Below, piece after piece: positions 23,101 through 29,700 of a stretch of DNA of 64,000 nucleotides. The DNA is taken from positions 64,620 through 128,619 of the forward strand of contig JBAQUL010000026.1 of the NCBI GenBank assembly GCA_049297495.1, given 5' to 3'. Positions within the stretch are counted from its first letter, which is position 1. Each line of letters opens with the position of its first letter. The stretch is from Candidatus Moraniibacteriota bacterium. Its GTDB lineage: Bacteria; Patescibacteriota; Minisyncoccia; Moranbacterales; UBA2206. The translations under genes were made by a program, and so were the position numbers. Below the pieces are notes generated by a model that worked only from the letters and a program-made list of their open reading frames with translations, was not told the origin of the DNA and did no database searches.

Positions 23101-25843
23101 CCGCAATAATTCCTGAGGAAAAACCCGTCCCCGTAATCGTCACCGGTGTTCCCCCGTCAGGAGGACCGGCACTTGGAGAAACAGAAGTAATCGTCGGTGG
23201 GGGTTCGGTAAAAATAATCCCGTTGGTCAGTGTTCCGCTTACCCCATCTGAATTAGTTACAACAACATCAAAAGTTCCCGCTGAATGCGTCGGAGTAACA
23301 ACGCTGATTGTATTAGCATCAATTCTGTTTACACTCGTCCCAGCTGTTTCACCAAATGTGACAGAAGGAGTTTCGCTGAAATTTGTTCCCGTAATAGTGA
23401 CTGAACTTCCTCCAGTTTTTATTACACTGCTCGGAGTGACAGAGGTAACTGTGGGAGGATTGTTATATGCGAAACCATTAGTTAGTGTCCCCGTTGAACT
23501 GTCAGGATTGGTAACAATAACATCTACAGCTCCCGTGGTATGGGCGGGAATAACCGTTGTGATCGTTGTCGAATTAATAAATTGCGTATTAGTAGCAGTA
23601 ATTCCGCCAAAAGTGACGGTTGGCGATGGTGTTAGATAGCGCACAATAACAATTCCCGAGCCGCCTTTGCCTCCTGCGCTATAAGCAGTTTGATAGTTTC
23701 CTGCCCCTCCTCCGCCTCCAGTATTCGCTTGTCCCGGATTTCCAGGATTATTCATACCGCCTGCGCCAGAGTTTCCGCCACCACCCTTACCGCCAACTCC
23801 AATAGAGCCATTCAAATACGTTCCGCCACCGCCACCGCCTGCAAACCATCCGCCGCCAGGATAATTAATATCACCGCCTACACTTGCAAATTGAGGATAG
23901 CTTACTCCGACACCTCCAGCGCCTCCAGTTGTAGATATTCCATTAACACCAACGCTTCCTGCGCCACCGCCACCGCCTGCGCCATAGTTTCCACCCAATT
24001 GTGTTCCATATCCTCCTGCATTTCCCTGCCCGCTCGTTCCAGCTGCTCCCTGAAGACCTATTTGAGCTGATGCTCCACCACCCGATCCACCAATTAATGG
24101 CGCTCCACCCAGTTGTCCAGAACCGCCACCGCCGCCAATAGCAACTAGAGAACTAAAAGTTGAATTACTACCAGAAACACCAGGAGAAGTACTTCCACCA
24201 AGCCCACCGTTACCACCAGTACCAACTGTAACAGAATAGGCTTGTGCCGTAACAGCGAAAGCTGGATTATATATAACACCACCTGCACCTCCTCCTCCGC
24301 CAATAGCTTCACCGCCACCGCCACCGCCACCAATGACCAACACCTCAACATTTCGAGCATTAGGCACTGTAAAAGTTCCATTCGCAGTAAATGTATGAAT
24401 CGTATATACACCTGAAGTCGTGACAGTTCCGCCTGTTGCAAGACTTGCCGCTGCAAAATTCGTTCCCGTAATCGTTACGTTCGTCCCACCCGCAGTCGAA
24501 CCAATATTGGGAGTAATAGCAGAAATTGTTGGCGGTGGTTCGGTGAAAATTATTCCACTGGTCAGTGCTCCACTTTGTCCATCAGGATTAGTTACGACAA
24601 TATCAAGTATTCCTGATGTATGTGCCGGAGTAACTACACTAATTGTATTAGCATCAATCAGATTCACACTAGTGCCGGCTGTTCCACCAAATGTGACAGT
24701 TGGTGTGTCAGTAAAATTTGATCCGGTAATAGTGACTGAACTTCCTCCAGTTTTTATTACACTGCTCGGAGTGACAGAGGTAACTGTGGGAGGATTGCTA
24801 TAGGTAAAACCGTTGGTTAGTGTGCCCGTTAAACCGTCCGAACCGATAACAGAAACGTCAACCGCACCAGCACTATGAGCAGGAGTCACTACTGTAATAT
24901 TTGCTGAATCAGCTACTTGCACATTAGCAGCTGCAGTACCCCCAAAAGTTACGGAGCCCGTAGAATATGGACTTGTCGAAGGCGTAAAATTTGCTGTCCA
25001 ACGAGCAATACCCTTGGAAATGCGTACTTCATCGATGTAACCTTGAAAATCTTTATTGTTATTGTATCTTCCGATAGAAAGAGGATTGGCATTAGCAGCA
25101 AGACTGAGAGAGGATGTCCAAGTATCGGTTTGCACTCCATTCTTAAAAGCATAAAAAGTATTTCCACTTCTTACCACTGCCAGATGGACCCATTGATTGA
25201 GAGTTATCGCTCCCAGCGTTCTTCCAACAGAGACATCCCAAGCTCCACCACTAGACATGTATATTAATAAATTTGCTCCAGAAGCATAACCAAAAAGAAA
25301 AGACTGGTAGCTGGAAGTGGTATCTCTCGCAATTGCAGGTTTTCCAGCAGTAGATGAAGTCCGATATTCCCACCAATCAACCGTGAAATCACCAGAACCA
25401 AAGTTAAAATCTGCGCTAGTGGGAACTGTTAAAAAATCTCCTGTTCCATCAAAATATCCAGATGCTCCTCCAAATTTAGATTGATTAGTCAAAATTTTAG
25501 CATCCCCATTGGCAGTCACGGTTTTGGGAGTTGTTTCGCTATCAGCAAAAGCGGTGGAATTATTTGTTCCATCTGCATGAAGCGAGAGCTTGGTATATGA
25601 ATCGATGCCTCCGGCAGAAAAGTTTGTCCCGGTGATCGTAACATTTGTTCCTCCAGCAGGCGGACCAGCTGCAGGATTGACGGATGATACTGTCGGCGCA
25701 CTGGCATTGGAAGTTTGCGCATAAGCAACCGCAAAGAAAAATAGTGCTACAAAAATAACTTTTAGTCCGATTTTCGAACTAAAAATTCTTTTTATTTTAC
25801 CTGAAAAGCTTGAATATTTTAAATAAGAAATATTTTGATTCAC
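10520..25843 (-). CDS. Giant secreted surface protein (5107 aa): signal peptide, three LamG/ConA-like + IPT/TIG modules, glycine-rich block, about 25 Ig-like FYYKD repeats, C-terminal tandem 95-aa repeats
   Basis: A single uninterrupted ORF. N-terminal signal peptide (KVIFVALFFFAVAYAQTSNASA). Repeated PxxGxxxGGTxVTITGxNF TIG-like units. LamG-like modules (LHADGTNNST...DWWEYR...YAFKNG...ISKGIARWT) occur three times. Many repeats are about 180 aa and end in FYYKDT. Confidence 0.85.
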   Translation of the reverse strand: MNQNISYLKYSSFSGKIKRIFSSKIGLKVIFVALFFFAVAYAQTSNASAPTVSSVNPAAGPPAGGTNVTITGTNFSAGGIDSYTKLSLHADGTNNSTAFADSETTPKTVTANGDAKILTNQSKFGGASGYFDGTGDFLTVPTSADFNFGSGDFTVDWWEYRTSSTAGKPAIARDTTSSYQSFLFGYASGANLLIYMSSGGAWDVSVGRTLGAITLNQWVHLAVVRSGNTFYAFKNGVQTDTWTSSLSLAANANPLSIGRYNNNKDFQGYIDEVRISKGIARWTANFTPSTSPYSTGSVTFGGTAAANVQVADSANITVVTPAHSAGAVDVSVIGSDGLTGTLTNGFTYSNPPTVTSVTPSSVIKTGGSSVTITGSNFTDTPTVTFGGTAGTSVNLIDANTISVVTPAHTSGILDIVVTNPDGQSGALTSGIIFTEPPPTISAITPNIGSTAGGTNVTITGTNFAAASLATGGTVTTSGVYTIHTFTANGTFTVPNARNVEVLVIGGGGGGGEAIGGGGGAGGVIYNPAFAVTAQAYSVTVGTGGNGGLGGSTSPGVSGSNSTFSSLVAIGGGGGSGQLGGAPLIGGSGGGASAQIGLQGAAGTSGQGNAGGYGTQLGGNYGAGGGGGAGSVGVNGISTTGGAGGVGVSYPQFASVGGDINYPGGGWFAGGGGGGTYLNGSIGVGGKGGGGNSGAGGMNNPGNPGQANTGGGGGAGNYQTAYSAGGKGGSGIVIVRYLTPSPTVTFGGITATNTQFINSTTITTVIPAHTTGAVDVIVTNPDSSTGTLTNGFAYNNPPTVTSVTPSSVIKTGGSSVTITGTNFSETPSVTFGETAGTSVNRIDANTISVVTPTHSAGTFDVVVTNSDGVSGTLTNGIIFTEPPPTITSVSPSAGPPDGGTPVTITGTGFSSGIIADTYDKLLLHADGTNNSTTFVDSETIPKSATPNGNAKILTAQSKFGGSSAYFDGAGDWLSVGASTDFNFGSGSFTIDYWFYRTQSNVQETFLNSWQNYNATNNWATYVTSANKLGWFPQGYQSGAAPNLTGTTSITQNAWHHAAFTYDGSICRMFLDGNLEASQSIVAGSNSDQALIFGINSADFTSQPFLGYFDDLRVSKGIARWTSSFVPMASNLVSFGGTLATNVQVVSPTTLTATTPVHSAGAVNVVITNPDGTVGSRANGFTYNNPPAVSSITPGSVPKTGGNSVTISGTNFVGTPTVTFGGTAGTSVNGIDANTINVVTPAHLTGAFDVVVTNPDGLSGTLTSGIVFTEPPPTILSVVPSVGPPGGGTDVTIIGTNFFTENFTKLLLHADGTNNSTAFADSETVAKTVIANGGAKISTVQSKIGGASAYFDGTGDYLTVPTNNDFNFGAGDFTVDWWEYRTASDSTRSSIARDSTSGYAPFLLGYSAGGNLLIYMSSGGAWDVAVGKSLGAITLNQWVHLAVVRSENNFYAFKNGTQTDSWTSSASLGSNSNPLSIGRYAGNDFQGYLDEIRISKGIARWTSNFAPQTNPYTATFLPATFGGTPAANVQLIDSTTITATTPAHSAGFVDVTITNPDDTSATLTRGFAYYPDKYAFSSFPATLRETEIGNFTVQARDTDGNVLVAPEDIALDLSSSSTSGFFARSLTEDVSNRWNYNSVVLPAGQSSVTFYYKDNIKGTPTIEARATAIPGSTAASQQISVTSRYRLLVTGITNPVKAGIPSSVTVQAVDFDGQPLHDYVGLVHFTSTDIGAVLPPDFTFTAGMLGEHTFVNGVAFTTVGSWNVVVTDTTDANITGTQTGIVVTTPNAGTISKLKIISSPQSFGIDSHSSAITIQAQDIIGQGIPASVDTSIYVYVDSVTGQFSIDGESNWSGTEPFIVTIKQNSTTASFYYKDSALGPHGLTVREDVGEGIDVGWLNDTQTETTLTGGAAKLTLNVASQNVSAGNISDPITASLEDIYGNIVTTLSNERIYLTTNSPTGKFSAYNNVDDWVNSFSVIIPAGQSSVTIYYKNQVAGVDNIILSDAYPANGAAGLTDDNKDLTISGGAVAKYVFATAAFESVLGAASPQISIQAQDQYNNPAQVVEDTIVYLYATSGGIFSSSSSFLTTISSVIIPNSQSTANFYFKQSNYAASASITASDNNTSPDGGVGISDAAQNESLVPGSISKLMLNVDNTNLVAGASSAVITVKSYNSNDVNIPAPTDLTVNLSTSASETGKFDTSNAGAYDGSVTSVTIPAGQLSADFYYKDTKVGSPVVTAASGGITAATKTFDILGGDANKIVIISSAQTLEVGQKSAAINIETQDQYGNSRKLASDTSIYLYASSLSGTFFDSIGNVVTEIVISSGTSNSTLYYKDVTIGTPQITVSDYSYPDSPDQGLLNATQIANINYGNVTKLALDISDSNLVAGTSSGVVNVKVYNSSNINIPTSSDLTASLSSSTAGKFDISSSGVFDGSITSVTILQNQSAAIIYYKDNVAGSPVLTVSAAGKTAGTLALSVAAGAASRLAIASAPQTLSAGQKSAAVNIRTQDGYNNMQNVVADKTIHLHSSSATGIFLDATGDTITQVVILAGTSSATVYCKDDVAGSPVLTFSDYAYPDSPDQGLENVTQTETINWGAITKLTLEAADVSLSAGVVSPLVTVKSYNVNNINVPVSSDLVVNLSSASSTGRFDTNSSGVFDGSINSATILQDQSSVSFYYKDTAIGSPLVTAASAGKTSGTLAFNVAAGALNKLSMNTEAQTLELGQKSAVMVIETQDAFGNIQNVSADTTLYLHSSSATGVFLDAADQVISTVAINSGSNNAEFYYKDTAIGNPQITISDFAYPDSPDQGLLNATQNESIIYGVVKKFALSCASNVLTAGSPSGALSLTALNNYDQLVPVTADTTVNLSSISGGGKFDTENNGLFETNQVVIASGQSSTTFYYKDTASGSPTITAAKNGIVSGTYSFNISASSAYQMIFANNPFSVSAGNPTSAFILQFRDQYGNVKLLDNSLVINLASTEALSGGFAAFSEGPWNIASVNANPGVSAVNFYYRDTLAGTKNISVTASGIVGANQDITVAGGSAHHLTFTSNSQTILALDSGQLTVQLRDQYDNPTGAVGNVTLGLSSDSTHAQFSSAPSPWSSVSSYVLANGQSTATFYYKDWNVGTPTITVTSGGIIETSQQETINAGVAAKFFFQSAPQTIVLNTPSSSVSFYLTDSNDIRVNASADMTANIVSNSLTGEFSLDGLSDWTNDLDISLLVGESLKSFYYRDAIVNSPIITISASEFTSNSQQENLINGSIEKIIMSSVNASQVGNAIAVTIQTQTNSSLPVSVNSDTIFDLTKSGSTGQFSLSSSPWNSITQVTIPAKQYTKTVYFKDTTAGTVMLTVDENISEGWIAGTKEITFGAGAVQKLNLIAKPTSVAVGTASNVFTVQAQDQYGNAVLVDSDKTVYLYSPVQGSFATNSSGPWNLSTVTILAGTSTASFYYQDQMPGTKNVTVSDYALLDNPDLDIINAVASIDVIGDTPNKLKITSGEQAISAGSYSTVITIELEKSDGSPAIIGVPVSINLTSSPLGLSAFKIAAQENAEAINQVIVPIGSSVATVYYTNRIAGTYSLGANANNVIGDAQQLTVTAGSPAKVVFMNAPQTKMAGLISDQMRIQLRDSYNNVSNAVSDLAISLATTSTAGKFSLQNGGAWADIASLTLPSGSNDAFFYYKDTSTGTFALTADEFPNSGLVAATQNYVVSAGDLASMVFLSSGQTLVAGQASSVMSLGFRDEFGNAKILAQPIELYLYSSSSEGSFSQNSGFSGTITSISVVAGSGGTIFYYKDTKSGMPTVTASDQSTLDNPIDLGVVNAAQVQMIAPGSPARMQLVNGNSSLIAGNYKTFDLRIQNQYGVEVAPDSPLEIYLSSSDGSGKFSLSQTFNSGDLINHFSLSAGSSQKTLYYRNTISGNVTVSFSEVSTPPESPDSGIVNTSQSFSVLPSAVSNLVYLTSAQDLSAGEVSSEITFGVRDAFGNIVVSASDLPVYLNSTSGTGKFSASTNFSDGNIISQSIISAGSSVANFYYQDETIGGPVITVSDQTPLDNPDVGLLNAVQTFSVRAGNVAKLIFDQNLGAVIAGGISDPITIKTQNTFSVDAPVLGDAIVYLFSSSAGGSFALLPSGPWGITSVVIPGGQNSIQVYYRDSNSGTPLVTASDTDVSAPDTLWTNATGTVSVGAGVITQLVFVTAPQTIVTRHPSEPMQVQARNAYGNPTSVTTDQRIYLRSSSNQSEFLASVGGSWGASYVTMLAGQDATNFYYHDFSVGEPTLTASDNLPPIPDTGLTNAVQTEVIAAQVMDHFLVTNISDPQIQGEPSSVVVMAQDAEDYVISSYSGTIHFASSDLDAALPLDYTFIPATDSGLHTFGNGVSFLHAGEKWVGVTDGASISGVQEDITVISNTAGPVNKIKFTDTDSPLVVNKNIASKPMTIRMFDADDRNTNAGLGGYPIRLSSGSNSAKYSLNPNGPWIEDGLFSIPENLSFIVVYYKDSEAGAEVISVSDWDGGVDDLNIANDSLPVIVRSIKINVNTHLEINNNGHYYQDSPVIFSKDDTGYYYGRVNFDLSLIDEVTGAAKLVDVSITWKDPSGAVLATQAVLNVSSYSYNINPIEGIALSAGNYTLEVSAIDVATGVTGESIIDIPVSGWVDNVDYSADTLTIGNNLNFTVETKQNGVFADPENLVVVWKDNNGNDVPGDQYIKNLSGLTKIGTGKYSGSIITNGLVADKKYFLYTKVYDASNNTLAEDNHRDIVMQNNPALAPKNFQIEKILTSVPPAAETYNLEFNWDVSLGATKYNLYRTQNKFSGLFEDPCSISQIKFGHRYGDPGATTPFCELSGLMQDGADDATSWVKMAEIDGLQVEYTVPWAEIQSDLSNNVYYYILRAENSIGESGYSTMAVSLKKNFNTNTTKANINWTSLPYATKYQKASDIIADMEGGIGNGNNAKVSSITRWRPDTQNILSYYYDTFTHHWMGTDFTVNPGDGISVQLSKNIANFNWTIAGSDVQNAKTFTTNITKANINWTSLPYTTKYQKASDMVRDMEGGIGDGNNAKISSITRWRPDTQNILSYYYDTFTHQWMGTDFSVNPGDGVSIQLSKNTTSFDWSQPLVINPYK
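23391..23462. repeat. Exact 72-bp direct repeat copy 1 inside giant gene (second copy at 24726-24797)
   Basis: GTAATAGTGACTGAACTTCCTCCAGTTTTTATTACACTGCTCGGAGTGACAGAGGTAACTGTGGGAGGATTG is identical at both sites. It reflects duplicated LamG/TIG modules. Confidence 0.8.
23563..24343 (-). repeat. GC-rich low-complexity block encoding an about 260-aa poly-Gly/Gly-Ala-Ser-Asn region (VLVIGGGGGGGEAIGGGGGAGG...) of the giant protein
   Basis: A local GC spike (ccgccaccgcc runs) in an otherwise AT-rich gene. The ORFs on both strands here (23690-24070 +, 24145-24456 -) are shadows of the repetitive sequence. Confidence 0.7.
24726..24797. repeat. Exact 72-bp direct repeat copy 2 inside giant gene
   Basis: Identical to 23391-23462. 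Confidence 0.8.
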
Positions 25844-25948
25844 TTTTATTTTACCTTAGCTCTCCCTCACCTTTCCTCTCTGCCCTATTAGCTTAAATCC
25901 AGCTCCGCAAAAAGCAGAAAAAATTCATTACAAAGTGGCCTGCTAAGA

Positions 25949-26629
25949 CTATTTTAGCCGATCTAATCCTGCCTTGGCGGCTTGATTTTCCGGCTGCATA
26001 TCCAGCACTTTTTGGAAATTCTTCTTGGCGCCATCTTTGTCACCAGAACCTTCATAGAGAATGCCCAAAAGAACATAAGCGTCGGCACTATCGGGGTTTT
26101 GACTAATTGCCTCTTGATAAACCTTTACCGCTTCATCCTTTTTGTCCAATGAATATTGATACATATTTCCAAGATTAATGTAGCTCGTCATTACTTTTGG
26201 ATCAAGACTGATCGCTTCTTTATATTCCTTAATCGCTTCTTCGTAATTTCCTTGATCTCGAAGCGCATTGGCCAAATTATTATGCGCCACGGCATTATTA
26301 CCATCCACCTTTATTTGCTTTCGATATGTCATCTCCGCTCCAGCCACATCACCTGTGGCATATTGCGCCACAGCATAGCCTTGCAAATCATTTGGATTAT
26401 TATTTTCTGCCTTATTTTTCAATTCAGGTAAGCTATTTTTATACTGCTCAACCAATGATCCGGCGCCATTGGTCTTCTTATTGTCAATATTTTTCTTGGC
26501 CGAAAACTTTGCCACGATTGCACTCCTTTTTGCGTATCCACCAATAAGCCCGGTCAATATGACAACGGCGAGTACCAGTAAAATTATTTTTCTCTTTCTT
26601 GAAGCTGGTTCCACATTTCTATCTTCCAT
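25949..26629 (-). CDS. Membrane-anchored tetratricopeptide-repeat (TPR) protein
   Basis: An N-terminal TM helix (ILLVLAVVILTGLIGGYA) followed by at least four TPR units (e.g. AHNNLANALRDQGNYEEAIKEYKEAISLDP). Confidence 0.75.
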   Translation of the reverse strand: MEDRNVEPASRKRKIILLVLAVVILTGLIGGYAKRSAIVAKFSAKKNIDNKKTNGAGSLVEQYKNSLPELKNKAENNNPNDLQGYAVAQYATGDVAGAEMTYRKQIKVDGNNAVAHNNLANALRDQGNYEEAIKEYKEAISLDPKVMTSYINLGNMYQYSLDKKDEAVKVYQEAISQNPDSADAYVLLGILYEGSGDKDGAKKNFQKVLDMQPENQAAKAGLDRLK

Positions 26630-26704
26630 ATTATATTTTACTAAATTTAATTTTAATTAGACCTCAGGTTATCTTAACACTATATCAATCTATGCGCAAA
26701 GAAA

Positions 26705-29700
26705 TTATTTCGAAGAAAATAACCGTAGAAGCTTTTTCAATAAATCGCTGCCATCCTTAACTTGAAAATTGACTGGTGCACTCTTTTCATCTTCGCCAAC
26801 TACTTTCGCTGAAAGAAAATTATCACTACTTCCCAATTTTTCACCAAAGATCATCATTTTCCAATTGCCCTGCTTATCGCTTGTTGTAGAGCCAATTTCT
26901 TGACCATCACGCCGAGAAACTACGACTGTCCGATGGGGCATAGCCGTTCCCGACACAGTGACTCCCGCATCAGTATCCATCACTAATGAGCCATCCCGTG
27001 GTGAAAGAATGGTTGGTACTGATGATCCGGAGACAGTAATTGTAGCAGCCTGATTATTCACATCTACCTGTTTACTTTGCGGACTGGCATAATAGAAATT
27101 ATTTATTATAATCGTATAATTATTATTAGCAACATTTTTATTGGTAATATTATGATCACCTTCATTTGTGGTATTGTTTTCTGTTACCGTACTAGAAGAA
27201 TTGCTAGTTGCTGCCGGGCTAGCGGAGACTACGTCGGGCTTGATATAAATTGATTGCAAGCCAGACAAGGCTTCTGTGCTTGAAGCTGTTATGGTCATAA
27301 GACCGGAAGCCGAATCTTGATAGTAAAGGTTAGCACAACTAGAGCCGGAAGAAATGGTAATGGAAGTTTTGTCCCAAGGACCAGCAAAATTTGTCGCAAA
27401 TTTACCCGTCGCCGAATTAGCGGCCAGGCTTATCGCCTTATTACTATCAGCTGATACATTGTTGCCTTCGACATTTTGGAGGCAAACAGTAATCGTGCCA
27501 CTAGCAATATTTTTTGCCACTTCTTGCGTCAAGGTCGTAAAGACTAGTCTTGTTCCCGTGAATCCACCGCCACCAGCATTAGTGACATATAGCACAGTAG
27601 ACGCTAGCCCTGGAACGCTTGCCGTTACAGTTTCTAGGGAATCCGATGAGCCCAATGTCCAGCTCACCGAAGCAAGCCCCGTCTCTCCAACAATGACTGA
27701 CACGGGACTAACAGATCCAGAGCCACTGGCTGGAGTGAACATAACGGTTTTGCCACTCGCCGGATTGCCACTACTATCAATTACTTTCGCGACTAAAGGT
27801 TGAGGCAATGTAGTCGAAGGACTTCCTGTCTGATTATTACCAGAGACATAGGTCAAAACAAATGACTCAGCATAACTAACAACAATATTATTTGACGTCC
27901 CTGAAATAGTACTGTCAGTGGCGATGATTTGAGTTATTTCCGCCTTCACTAGTGTAGTATCCAATTGAGTACTTGCCACACCACCGACAAATGTTACCCC
28001 GGCGGTATACACAGGATGCGTACCAGAATCACTGTCGTCCGGACCAGAATAGCTAATTGTTTTTGAGCCACTATAGTCCGTTGCCACATTGCCATACAAA
28101 TCAAGCGCTCGAAGAGACGCAATAATAAATGGTAAATTGACAATCGCTGTTGCTGGCGCCATTATATTAAATTGATTTGTATCAGCGGGCTTCACAACTA
28201 TCGACAAAGAATCACCACTTAGTCCACCACTACTAACGGTTAGTGTCACAGTTTCCGCCTTGTATAGAGTCGTGCTGACAGCATTATTTTGTCCATCACT
28301 AAAATCAACGGATGAGGAATATACTGGAGCAGTGCCACTCGGACTTGCATGTGGACCACTATAACTAACGACCTTTGTGCCATTATACGCTGTCACCACA
28401 TTTCCAAATGCATCGATTGCTTTGATGGTAATTGCAAAAGGTACTCCGGCAATCACCTCGGAGGGCGCAGTTACATCTAGCAATGTCGGCACAGAAGGCA
28501 CTCCATCTGCATAAAAAACAATCGGCGTTCCAAAAAGTCCCGCAACTCGTGCCTCACCCTGATTAAGTCCTGCTCCTGACATCGAACCCAACCTCCAAAC
28601 AGTTTGCGCCCTACCATCAACATCAGTGACAGCAGAACCCGGTGCCATTGATCCATCCCCAATTGTCACAGCGAATGTGACGGCCTGTCCACTTTTAGGA
28701 TTTCCATAAACATCTTTCACTAAAACTACCAAAGGATTGGCCAAATTAGAATTGACGATACCAATCTGATTATTACCAGAATAATATTCAATTGATCCAG
28801 CTGCGCCAGCTTGAACAGCAATATCATTACTGTCTCCACTAATTGCGCCTTCTGTAATATGGATTGTTGCCGTCTCAGTTCTAAAAAGTTCGGTCATGAG
28901 TGCCGTCGTTGAAACGCCATTAACAAATTCAACTGCGGTTGTGTAGCTAGGACTATCTCCCAGAGCACTCGCAGACGGTCCGGAATAAACAATAGTCTTG
29001 TCACCCGAATATCCCGTGGCGACATTACCATACTGATCTTGCGCTGTAATTGAGGTAAGACTGAAACTAACTCCAGCCGTTACTGTTGCTGGAGAAACTA
29101 AATGCAAATGCGTAGCCGTTCCCGCAGAAACAACAACATTTCCCGACTGACCGGAAATCGAGCCTTGAGTAAGCGTAATCTTGACTGTTTCCGCCCTGAC
29201 AAGCACAATCGGCGCTATGCTTGAAGCCACGCCAGACGTAAAAATTGCTGTTACGGAACTAGTTGGCGCACCAGATTCTGGCCCGCTCGCAGGACCGGTT
29301 AGTATCAAGGTTTTACTGCCATCATATCCCAAAGCCACATTGCCATATTGATCCTTAGCTGTAATTTGCGTATTAGAAAAACCCACGCCAGTCGTAGCAG
29401 TCGCCGGAGCCGAAACATCAAAAGTTCGAGCGCTACCAGCCTCGACAGTAATCGTTCCGGTAACATCAGTCATACCACTGCCAGCATCAAAATGAATCAC
29501 TCCTGATTGTGGAGTCATATGTGGTGAAAAACTTATCGTACTAGCATTATTCACATCAATCTGCGCAAAACTATCCCCACTGTCAAAACCGGTCACAGTC
29601 CAATGTCCCGTTGTCGCATTATTCACAAAATTTCCCGAAACGTCATAGCCTGCCATCCAAAGATTCAAAGGAGCATCAACATTTATTGTGACATTAGAAA

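Noticed and set aside
21939-24803. Plus-strand ORFs (22131-22379, 23223-23639, 24420-24803 and others) antisense to the giant gene
   Set aside because: They are shadow ORFs created by the repetitive, codon-biased sense strand. Their translations (VTELPPVFITLLGVTEVTVGGLL) repeat exactly because the DNA repeats.
10520-25843. Repeated about 70-320-bp units that might be mistaken for a CRISPR array or IS elements
   Set aside because: The repeats are in-frame coding repeats of one giant ORF. There are no unique spacers of constant length, no cas genes and no transposase.
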